Positions 10,811-21,239 of a DNA stretch of 64,000 nucleotides are shown in pieces; positions within the stretch are counted from its first letter, which is position 1; the number at the start of each line of letters is the position of its first letter. Below the pieces are notes generated by a model. The model did no database searches. It was given only the letters and a program-made list of their open reading frames with translations, and was not told where the DNA came from. Position numbers and translations under genes: made by a program. Where the stretch lies: assembly GCA_010909165.1 (NCBI GenBank), contig VJWM01000204.1, positions 62,001 through 126,000 of the forward strand, in the 5' to 3' direction. Source of the DNA: Anthoceros angustus (taxonomy: Eukaryota > Plantae > Anthocerotophyta).

Positions 10811-13800
10811 GTGCTTGTTCCCCCAGCAATGGGGGGATGGAGCGTCTCGGTTGGGTCACACCAAGGGTTGCAGGACCCGCGAAGGAGACAGTTTTCGTGC
10901 ACCCGACAAACTGGTGGATCGACTGCTGGTCGGAGCAGAGCTGCCAGTACCCTGGCTTCAAAGAAGCAATTGGCGGCAAAGAACCAAGTCGGGAGGTGCA
11001 GCACATTGCCAGGAAACCCATCCCGTCGAAGAGAAGTTGTGGCTGGGCATCTATTCCCCTGTGAGCCTCGACCCCGGGAGCTTTGGTGCCGATTGCTGCT
11101 CCAACACCCCACGCTCCAGCTGGATAACAGGCAGGCCAAGACGGTCCTCCGTTCTGCTCTGGATTTGGAGATGGGCTTGCCGGGCGATCCTGACCGTCAC
11201 AGGCTTTCAGGTTGCTGTACGAGTGTGACGGCTCAGACCGTGATCCAGTTATGTGGTCAGGGCCATTCCCCTGAGGCTGTTGAAGCCCTAGGAGTTATGG
11301 TGCAGACAGAGCGTTGTGTTTCCAAGCCTCTAGTTTATGCTGTTTTGAAGGCATGTGTAGTCGAGAAGGACCTTGTTCTGGGTCGAAGGGTGCATGCTTT
11401 CACGGTGAAAAAAGGGTATCAGTCCGACACGTTCCTGGGCTTCCACATTCTGCGGATGTATGCAGCGCATGGCAGGTTGCAAGATGCGATGGATGTGTTT
11501 ACAGTGGTGGCTAAACCAGATGCCTTCGCGTGGTCTGCCATTATCTCTGCCCATGTTCAACAGGGGCAAAACAAGCAGGCCTTGCAACTCTATGATAGGA
11601 TGCGCAAGTCAATGGTGAAGCCAGATGGGCATGTATTTGTGGCAGCTCTTCAGGCTTGTGCAAGGGGATTGGACTTGAAAGCTGGGCAGCAGGTGCATGC
11701 GGACGTTTTGGACAGTGGCGTTGAGCCTGATCTGATTGTCTGTAATTGCTTGGTTAACATGTATGCAAAGTGTGGCAGCGTGGAAGACGCCCAGAGAGTG
11801 TTTGATGGGTTAGATCTGAAAAACGTGGCAACGTGGAACGCCATGATAGCAGGATATTCCCAGCAAGGCATGGGGGAAGAAGCCCTTCGTTTGTATAATG
11901 CTATGCGAGGAAAGGGCATGGTTGTTCCTGATACCGTGACTTTTGTTTGTCTCCTGCAGGCCTGTGCAAGTCTGGGCCCTTCAGGCTTGGGAATGGGGAG
12001 GCAGCTTCATCTGCAAATTGGAGAACAGGGTCATCAGGCTCATGTAGTTGTAGCCAACAGTTTGGTGAACATGTATGCAAAATGTGGCAGCCTGGCCGAT
12101 GCTCGGGGAGTCTTTGACATGCTTGGTGAAAAGAATGTGGTGACGTGGACTGCTCTTATTACAGGGTATTCGCAGCAGGGGCAAGGTCAAGAAGCCCTGC
12201 GTCTTTACCGGGGTATGCAAAAAGAAGGCATTGCTGTACCCAATTCCGTGACATTTGTGTGCCTGCTGCATGCATGCGCTGATCTGGGCACCCCAGCGTT
12301 GGACATGGGGAAGCAGCTTGAAGCAGACATCAGAGAACGAGGACTTCTAGCTGATGAGTTTATAGCCAGCAGTTTGGTGAACATGTATGCCAAGTGTGGC
12401 AGCTTGCAGGATGCTCAGAGAGTGTTTGACGGACTTGATGAAAAAGAGGTTGTGATGTGGACTTCTCTGATTGCAGGGTATTCACAGCAGGGCATGGGAC
12501 AGGAAGCTCTTCGTCTCTATAGTGTCATGCAGGAAGAAGGCATCGCTGTCCCAAATCTAGTGACATTTGTGTGCCTCTTGCAGGCGTGTGCAAGTGTGGG
12601 GAGCCAGGCTTTGGACAAAGGGAAGCATCTTCATACACAGATCAAAGAACAGGGACATGAAGTTAATGTGTTTTTAGGAAGCAGTTTGGTGAATATGTAT
12701 GCAAAGTGTGGGAGCCTAGAAGATTCTCAGAGGCTGTTTGATGTACTTGGTGAAAAGGATGTGGTGACCTGGAATGTCATGATAGGAGGATACTCCCAGG
12801 AGGGCATGGTGCAGGAAGCGCTTCATCTTTACAGTGCTATGCAACAAGAAGGCGTTGCTGTACCTGATTCTATGACATTTGTGTACCTCCTGCAGGCGTG
12901 TGCAAGTGTGGCAGCCTTACGTCTGGGCAAGCAACTACATGCGCAGATTGAAGAACAAGGCCTTCAAGCCGACATGGTTATAGCCAGCAGCTTGATAAAC
13001 ATGTATGGAAAATCTGGTAGCTTGAGTGACGCGCAGAAGGTATTTGATGCGTTGCCCAAAAGAGATGTCGTCACCTGGAATTCACTAATTGCAGGCTACA
13101 CCTGTCAAGGAGACAGTGAAGTGGTCTTCAGCTTGTTCCAGAAGATGATAGAGGACGGAGTGCAGCCAGTCGCTGTCACTTTTCTGAGTCTACTAACAGT
13201 ATGCAGTCACGTTGGCCTGGTGAGCAAGGGGCGAGAGTACTTTGAGGCCATGAGCACACACTACGACATCACTCCCACGGCAGACCACCTGACATGTATG
13301 GTGGGTCTCCTGGGTCGTGCAGGACAAATAGACGAGGCTCTGGCTCTGGTAACGTCCATGCCAGTACTGCCTGATGCTGTCGTTTGGCACACTCTCTTGG
13401 GTGCTTGCTCCAAGTGGGGCAATGTGGTGGTTGGCCTCCACGCTTTCCAGCAAGTACTGAAGCTAGACCAAAAAGACCCCACCCCGTATGTGTTGATGTC
13501 GAACATATACACCAGTGCCCAGATGTGGGAGCAGGCTGAGAAGATGCAGGCCAGGAGACTACAACTCGGAGCGTGGAAGCACCCGGGTCAGAGTTGGTGG
13601 ACAGACAAGGACGGTCTGGTGCATACTTTTTTGGTCGGGAATGAGAACCATCCCTTCAGTGAAACGCTGGTAGTACTTCCCAGAAGAACGAAAGAAGGAT
13701 GTGTACCCAGTCCGGTTTCAGACCCATCTGACACAAAAGAAGAAAGTTTGTGCTGTGGGTGCAGCCAGAAGCTGGCTATTGCACGTTCCCACCGCAAGGA

Positions 13801-14068
13801 GATTCTGGTAATTACGCATCGAAGTTTGGGGGTCTACAGTGTGGCACGAATTCCATATTGGGCAGTAATTGCATCAAAAGCAGAGTGCCTGCAGTGTGCT
13901 TGGGCATACAGGCAGGCCCTCTCGCAAGGCGTTCGTTCAACTCCAGCTGCAACACATGTATTTACAGTAGGTTTATTTTGTATTTTTTCTTTGGATATAT
14001 TTTACGGTTTTCGAAGGAATTGCGGTGTGTTTGCATCGATTGCACATTTGACTTGCGGTTCACGATAG
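10811..14068 (+). CDS. PLS-class PPR protein (organellar RNA-editing factor type) with E1/E2, a PGxSWW box and a degenerate DYW domain
   Basis: About 20 P/L/S motifs including 37-aa long L motifs, P2-L2-S2 (CSHVGLV, MVGLLGRAG), E domains (YVLMSNIY) and WKHPGQSWWTD...HTF. KEESLCCGCSQKLAIA replaces HSEKLA. The true start is uncertain (first ATG at 10829). Confidence 0.93.
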   Translation: MLVPPAMGGWSVSVGSHQGLQDPRRRQFSCTRQTGGSTAGRSRAASTLASKKQLAAKNQVGRCSTLPGNPSRRREVVAGHLFPCEPRPRELWCRLLLQHPTLQLDNRQAKTVLRSALDLEMGLPGDPDRHRLSGCCTSVTAQTVIQLCGQGHSPEAVEALGVMVQTERCVSKPLVYAVLKACVVEKDLVLGRRVHAFTVKKGYQSDTFLGFHILRMYAAHGRLQDAMDVFTVVAKPDAFAWSAIISAHVQQGQNKQALQLYDRMRKSMVKPDGHVFVAALQACARGLDLKAGQQVHADVLDSGVEPDLIVCNCLVNMYAKCGSVEDAQRVFDGLDLKNVATWNAMIAGYSQQGMGEEALRLYNAMRGKGMVVPDTVTFVCLLQACASLGPSGLGMGRQLHLQIGEQGHQAHVVVANSLVNMYAKCGSLADARGVFDMLGEKNVVTWTALITGYSQQGQGQEALRLYRGMQKEGIAVPNSVTFVCLLHACADLGTPALDMGKQLEADIRERGLLADEFIASSLVNMYAKCGSLQDAQRVFDGLDEKEVVMWTSLIAGYSQQGMGQEALRLYSVMQEEGIAVPNLVTFVCLLQACASVGSQALDKGKHLHTQIKEQGHEVNVFLGSSLVNMYAKCGSLEDSQRLFDVLGEKDVVTWNVMIGGYSQEGMVQEALHLYSAMQQEGVAVPDSMTFVYLLQACASVAALRLGKQLHAQIEEQGLQADMVIASSLINMYGKSGSLSDAQKVFDALPKRDVVTWNSLIAGYTCQGDSEVVFSLFQKMIEDGVQPVAVTFLSLLTVCSHVGLVSKGREYFEAMSTHYDITPTADHLTCMVGLLGRAGQIDEALALVTSMPVLPDAVVWHTLLGACSKWGNVVVGLHAFQQVLKLDQKDPTPYVLMSNIYTSAQMWEQAEKMQARRLQLGAWKHPGQSWWTDKDGLVHTFLVGNENHPFSETLVVLPRRTKEGCVPSPVSDPSDTKEESLCCGCSQKLAIARSHRKEILVITHRSLGVYSVARIPYWAVIASKAECLQCAWAYRQALSQGVRSTPAATHVFTVGLFCIFSLDIFYGFRRNCGVFASIAHLTCGSR

Positions 14069-14481
14069 TAGGCAGGTAAGTACATCGCCGAGAACGCGAT
14101 GTCGATGTGCTGAAAAATGATGGAAGTTCTTTGACACATTCAAACACGTACATAATTCACGAAGCTTAGGGTTTTGTGATCGCATAAAATCGTTGGACGA
14201 CTGAAATGGAGTACATGAGGACAATGGGCAGGATGTGAGCGTGGCAGCAGGAGAATGGCGGGGACTGCATCGGGAGTGGCAAGTCCATCATTACGGCAAC
14301 TGTTGCAGCCCAGGCAAGGAAGCAGGGAGTGCGGAATCCGATCCAGTTGCGAGCGAAGACATCGGCATGGGCCGAGCGCGGTGGCACATCGGCCGGGCAG
14401 GCCTCACTGAGCACAGTACGATGTCGTGAGCAATATCGGGTTCAGGAAGCGAGGCTGGGCTAGGGCAGGAAGCAGGTCGCC

Positions 14482-17400
14482 ATGGAGCAGCTGAAGACCA
14501 TCAGCCGGGAGCTCACCATGGGCGCCACGCAGGGATGGAACTCGTCCAAGGAGTTCATGGATCTGGTGAAGTCCATCGGGGAGGCCAAGTCCAAGGCCGA
14601 GGAAGAGCGTATCGTGGCTGCGGAGATCGAGACACTGAAGCGCAGGATCGGGGATCCCGACGTGCCGCCTAAGAAGATGAAGGAGTATATCATTCGGCTA
14701 GTGTACGTGGAAATGCTGGGCCACGATGCTTCCTTCGGCTACATACACGCTGTGAAGATGACGCACCGGGACAATCTGCTGCTGAAGAAGAGCGGCTACC
14801 TGGCTGTTACTCTCTTCCTCAACGAGGATCACGATCTCATCATCCTCATTGTCAACACCATTCAGAAGGATCTGCGATCCGACAACTATCTGGTGTGCTG
14901 CGCAGCTCTCACTGCCGTGTGCAGGCTGATCAACGAAGAGACCATCCCGGCAGTGCTGCCTCAGGTGGTGGAGCTGCTGTCTCATCCTAAGGAGCTGGTG
15001 AAGAAGAAGGCCGTCATGGCTCTCCATCGATTCTTCCAGAGGGCGCCTGCCACGGTGGCGCATCTCATGGGCAAATTTCGAGAGGTGGGCTGGATGTGTG
15101 ATTGAAACTGTGAGTTCGTGTCACATATCACGTTTTCGGCTGCATCTGCGACAATAGCATGCAACTGTCTCGGGATGCGGCATCCCCAGTCGTTCCGCAC
15201 ATTTGTCGTCTGTATCTGTTCAGCTTTGGCCGAGTAAGACGTCCTGTGTTGTCGGATTGGTCGAGGTTCACCCCTTGGTTCAGGATGGTCTGTGACCCTT
15301 GTAATTGTCAAACCCTGGATGAAGCTTATGGCAAAAGGATGTTGCAAGAATGCCTGGGTTCCAAATCTGTGTGGGTAGTATGTGTCTGCAGGAGTACATG
15401 TTTGTGGATGTTATTTGAAAGACCTGCAGGCTATGGGAGCTGTGGAAGCCTTATACAGCAACACCCTCACTGTCACGAAATGTTTGAAGAATACAGATGT
15501 AATGGCAGCCTTGTTGTTATTAGAGAGCCATGCAGCCGATTGATCCGTGTTCTTTGTGTGGCAGATTTTGTGCGATAAGGATCCCAGTGTTATGGGCGCT
15601 GCTCTCTGTGGCCTTTACGATACCATCTCTGCAGATGCTCGCCCATATAAGAACATGATTGCCAGTTTTGTCGGTATACTGAAGCAAGTGGCAGAACGTC
15701 GACTCCCTAAGTTGTATGATTATCATGGCACACCGGCTCCTTTTGTGCAGGTACTATGGTTAAAGTGAAGGCATCTGTCGTCTTCTTGAATGCATTGCAG
15801 TGCGTCTGAGTATGGTGAGCGGTTGGTATGGTGTCTGAACATGGTCCAGAGTTGGGATTTGCTAGTCCAGTCTGAACCGCTTACTTACATCCTTTGTGCA
15901 AACATTGCAGATCAAGCTGTTGAAGATATTGGCCTTGTTGGGAAATAGTGATAAGTACATTAGCGAAAACATGTACAGTGTGCTAGGAGATGTCCTGAAG
16001 AAAAGTGACGCGAATAAGACCATTGGAAATGCCATCTTATACGAATGCATTTGTACTATCACAACAATCTATCCAAACACAAAGCTCTTGGAGCAAGCAG
16101 CTGAAATAACCTCGAGGTTTTTGAAGGTTGGACCCTTGTCATGTGTATTATTGCTCTGTCTTTCTTTATACTTGCATCTCTACAAAATTCCTGTCCATGA
16201 TTGATGAGAACTGACATGTTCCGTGTTATTTCTCCAGATAGATAATCATAATCTGAAGTACATGGGTATTGATGCTTTGGGCAGAATCATCAAGATCAAC
16301 CCTGAATTTGCTGAACAGCATCAGCTTGCTGTCATCGACTGTTTAGAGGTATGTAAGTGTCTGTCATACTGATTATGTTACCTGAGATACTTAACAATTG
16401 AGGCTGACTCTCTTTAGCCCGCATTGTTCATTTCCTGCAGGATCCAGATGACACTTTAAAGCGGAAAACTTTGGATCTTCTGTACAAGATGACAAAGTCA
16501 ACAAATGCTGTAGTGATTGTTGATCACATGATCAACTACATGCGGACTATCAATGACGCTCACTACAAGACAGAAATCTCCTCTCGCATCATTGACCTGG
16601 CTGAGCGCTTTGCTCCAAGCAATCATTGGTTCATACAGGTAGGGAAGAACCGAGTTCTCTCCTCCAAAGACTCCACAGAATGCTGAGTTGAAATGACATG
16701 CTCCTCAGAGGCATAGTTGGGTATACCGATTTTCAGATATGTTGGCCTGCTCCCTGCAGACAATGAACCAGGTTTTTGAACTTGCTGGTGACCTAGTGCC
16801 TCCCAAGGTGGCCCATGATCTTATGCGGCTCATTGCTGAGGGTGCTGGTGAAGAAGACGAAGATGCCGACAGCCAGTTAAGGTCATCGGCGGTGAGTTCA
16901 AAACTTGGCAGAGCCTTTCCTACCTGGCTGAGGTCTGTACTTGAGCTGTTTCTAGGATTCGTTGCTCCTGTTTAGCACAGCATGTAGACTTGCTCCGTTC
17001 CACTGTATGATAGTTCTGAGAGCCTTGTGGGACTTGCAGGTAGAATCGTATCTGATAGTGCTCCGAGAGCCAAAGCTTCCATCCATCCTTTTGCAGGTAT
17101 CCTCTCTCTGCAAGCTGAAAGTGCTATCCTGTCAATTTGATGAAGTGCGTGGTTGCCTTGTGGATACTTACTGTCAAATCAACTCATGTGTAGGTCATAT
17201 GCTGGGTTTTGGGCGAGTATGGAATAGCTGATGGGTCGCACTCTGCTAAGGAAATTGTTGGCAAGCTTTGTGAGGTGGCAGAGTCACATCCTGCTGATGA
17301 TACAGTGAAGGTGAGATTCTTGCGTCCGACACCCAAAATGCGGCTTCCGCTAGTAGGTTATTTGGCACAGGTGTCAGTTGAGTAAGGTCTCAAGTGAACT

Positions 17401-19048
17401 CAAAAATTAATCACAAGGCTGATGTGCAGGGTTATGTGATCACAGCTGTAACAAAGATACTTGCGTTTGAAGCTATTTCTGGAAGGCACTTAGACCTTCT
17501 GTCTGAGGTAAAATAGCTCCATGATGGTTGGGTCCAACTTTGTAGTTATCTATTACCCTCTTTCTTCGACACTTGAGACCAAAATCTGAGAGATGTTCTT
17601 TTGCAGTGCCAGCCTTTGGTGGAGGAGCTTTCAACCTCACACTCAACTGACTTGCAGCAGCGTGCTTATGAGCTACAAGCTCTATTGCGACTAAGTAAAG
17701 ACATCGTGTCTACTGTAATGCCCATGGATGCAAGCTGTGAAGACATTGAGGTAGAATTAACCTTCTGAGTCACATTGTGAACCTGAGCTGATCTGAGTTT
17801 TCGCTTGCTATGCCCTCAGGCCCTTTCACTAAGGGATATCCATGTGGTGGTACTTGGCAGGTTGATAGGTCTCTTTCTTTTCTGGATGACTTTGTGGCAT
17901 CTGCTCTATCAAAAGGTGCCCGAGCATACGTATCAGAAAAGGATCGGGTGAACCTGGGTGGATTCATCTCCTCGGTGAATTATACTGAACCTGCTACTCA
18001 AGGTCTGCGTTTTGAGGCATATGAGAAGCCTTCACTTCCCTTACCAGTTATTACAGCTCCTTTGGCGACTCCTGTTATTGAACCTGATAGCGTGGAGCAT
18101 GGAAGAGGGTCCAACTCGAGACCTTCCTTTTCTGGACAAGAGCTTGAGTTGGGTCTCTCTGATGGTTCAAGATTGCGCTTGGATGGGGTCCAAAAGAAAT
18201 GGGGACGGCCAACTCATAGTGTCAGTTCGTCTTCGTCGTCATCTGATAAGGACAGGGGACCCAGTAATGGGTCAACCAGACCTGGTACAGAAAGTGCAGG
18301 TGTAAGTGGCAGTAGAGACCACACAACCTCCAAGGAGACTCGCTACACAGAAAGGAAAAAGGAGCCAGTCGTGTCAGCAGAGAAGAAAATGCTTGCTGCA
18401 TCATTGTTTGGAACACCTTCGAGCACAGAAAAGGGTGCGAGATATTCCAGCAGCGGCAGTGCAAAACCAGCCAGGCCTGCAGGACAGAAACCAGTTCGAC
18501 AAAGCAATGTGGTAGAGAACAGGCATCCATCTGCTGTGGCGGATCAGGCAGCCGGCACTAACACGCAACCCACTGTACCTACTTCTGTGCCAGTGGACCT
18601 GGTTGATCTTAGTGATGGGCCAGTAGTTGCAACCACAGCAGTGACTAGCTCAAATGATCCCTTCAAGCAGCTGGAAGGGCTTCTTGATTTTGGTTCCTCT
18701 GGAGCTGCTACAACAGCACCTGCGGCAAGCAAACCAACGCTTGACCTCTTGTCTCTTTATGGTGAGAGTAATCTCGGTGGGAATGGGATCTCACATTTTG
18801 TAGGGGGTGCAGCGTCTACTACCATGCACAGTAGTGATAACGTTCCTGGAGTTATTTCAGGGCTTCTAGATTCAGGTGGGCCCATAACGCCATCATCTAT
18901 AGACAGTGCCTATGGGTTACCTGTGCCTTTGGTCACGAGGAAGGGTTACTCTCAGCAAGGTGCGTTGCAAAAGGATGCAGCTTCTCGACAGGTGGGTGTG
19001 ACTCCTACAGGTCGAAATCCCGACTTGTTTAAGGATCTGTTCAACTAG
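14482..19048 (+). CDS. AP4E1: AP-4 adaptor complex subunit epsilon, 11 exons (approx. 14482-15084, 15565-15750, 15911-16126, 16238-16348, 16441-16638, 16760-16891, 17040-17096, 17194-17310, 17430-17507, 17607-17750, 17861-19048)
   Basis: SKEFMDLVKSIGEAKSKAEEERI, YVEMLGHDASFGYIHAVKM, STDLQQRAYE, LRFEAYE, LDGVQKKWGRP and VTPTGRNPDLFKDL; GT-AG introns preserve the frame. Confidence 0.95.
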
Positions 19049-19724
19049 TTCGTTAATTCCAAGTCCTTAGTCATGCTATCAGTTTGATTCAAGCTGTGCA
19101 TTTCCAGTATCAAGCCAAAGCGGAATTGTCAACTATTAGGCACACTTTTAGCGTACGCATGTAGAGTTTAGAGTTGGTCTGACTCTCGGAAATGGCACTA
19201 GCGACAATTCTCCCGCTGTAGTTATCAGAGACTTGGCTCGGTCAGGTGACTGGGTGCACGGCTAAATCATTGGGGACTAGTGTCCTTGGCGTGTTGATCC
19301 TTAGTCTTCGTAATGTTTGATACCTACTTGGACATTCCAAGCCCAAGAGTTTTTATTTCTTGGTGAAACACCTTCTCATGTCCATTCGATAACTCGGGCT
19401 TATGGAGATCAGATGGAATCAATGGAGATTGACATCAGAATTCTTCTCAACTCCTTATATTCATGCTTTTCACTCGGAGGAGCTCAAATTCCTCTCATCC
19501 TTCACCTTTGCTCATATGACCTCTTGCGGCTATACTAGCTAGGGCTTCTGCAAACGCCCCCGCAACTACAGCCTGCTCCGAAAGGCGTTCTTTGCAACTT
19601 AAACCTCACGTAAAAAATATAAGGCTACCCTCGCCACTTTTTTGGCCGAGCTGGTAATTTTCTCTAAAATAACAATATTATCGGTAGCCGAAACAGGTAT
19701 GGGAAACCCAGGGGGCCCGGGTCC

Positions 19725-20222
19725 CTAGAGAAGCCCTGTTCCAAAACCACCGGCACCTTGTGGACGGCTGCCATCAGGCTCCAAACTGCCTCCCCCCAGC
19801 CTGCCTGGCTGCAACAGCGGATGGGCAGGCCCAGGATAGCTGCCGGCACCTCGGGCCTTCGCCAGGGGATGCGCCGGGGACGCAACCTGGCCAGACAAGC
19901 TGCCCGACGCGCCGAGAGGGCCGGATGTCTTAGGAGGAGGAATCTGCGCTGCAGCTGGGCCTGCCAAAGCCGCCCTCACAGTCTCGTAGGTGAGCTCCCT
20001 CCCTGTCTGAGCGACCATCACCAGCTTGAGAGCATTGTGGAAGTCCAATCTGGACAGCAACCCCCTCTGCCCTTGGTCACCAAATTGCCATATCTTGGCC
20101 AGTGTTGCCTGCGGCAGATGAGCTCCCTGGAAGAAGGCCACGTCCTCATAGCCACTGATCTGGCCATCGCCGTCCAAATCCGCCCGCCGGAAATAGAGAG
20201 AAAACAACTACGGGTTGGCCAT
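19725..20222 (-). pseudogene. Isolated first EH (Eps15-homology) domain of an EH1/Pan1-like protein, with a stop at codon 5
   Basis: YFRRADLDGDGQISG..VAFFQG..L....LAKIW...NALKLV.VAQ..RELT...AAL.GPAAAQIPPPK. ATG at 20222 is followed by an in-frame TAG at 20210-20208; the rest of the gene is absent. Confidence 0.85.
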
Positions 20223-20557
20223 GGCTGGCACGGCCGCAACTACTCGGCCAGCAGCAGCGACAGCTTGTCATCAAGCCGCAGCACAGGATGCCTGCCTGAA
20301 CAGGATGATGCAGCCAGCCCTCGCAGAAGTAATCTGTCTTTCCGCTTCCGCAGCGCATCCGTCCACGCTCATCAGCTGCACACAAGTGTCCTGACACCAG
20401 CCTAAAGTACACACCCCGTTCTGCTTTGCCCCCCTTTCTTTTTACTCTTGCACCTTGCACTAGCACCCCAACGGAGCCTGTCCAAGATCGATTTTTCGCA
20501 AATTTTAAGCCCCAATAATAATCTAAGCAAAATGTACGTACATACCTAGCTGCCTGT

Positions 20558-20621
20558 TGAGCATTCTGGTGGCAACTTTGAGCATTTTGGTGGCAACTTT
20601 GAGCATTCTTGTGGCAACTTT
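20558..20621. repeat. 21-bp tandem repeat x3
   Basis: tgagcatt(c/t)t(g/t)gtggcaactt x3. Confidence 0.85.
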
Positions 20622-21239
20622 CTTACAATTGGCTCCTCCAAAAGATAAACATGGCTACTCCTACTTGTTACTCTGGTGTCATCTTGAATTTTATTTAGTC
20701 ACTACGAGAAGTGACCTCTAAAACTTTATTAAATTTTAGTATAGTTATAGTGGTATGAACTAGGATTGTGAATGTTATTGTGAGCTAGTATGAAGTTTGA
20801 GTTTCAATCTAGAAGAACTTATATAGAAAAATAGTATTGTAGTTGTTTATATCTAGAAACAAACACATATGTGACTTGTCCACTAGGAATGTCAGCCTAT
20901 GCAACTCAACTTAACTAATTTTAAATATTAATTACTATCATTTTAATACTCTCAGACATAATAGGTAGAAAAAATAAATAATTTTTTTATTTTTAATTAA
21001 TATAAATATATCAATGAGAGAACCTACCAGCTTTTGGAATACTGCAAGAAAATTATATAGAGTGGAGAAAGACATGCTTAATTATAGTAGAAATAAGCTT
21101 AGGCAAACCCCAATGACAAGATTTTAAAGTTTAACTTAGCATATTAAATTTTATTTTATTATTTAATTACAAGTATTTAAGATATTTTATATCTATTTTA
21201 ATAATTATTACACCTCACTAAATGTTACCTTGATGGGTA

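Noticed and set aside
19758-20405. 215-aa plus-strand ORF
   Set aside because: Antisense shadow of the GC-rich EH fragment.
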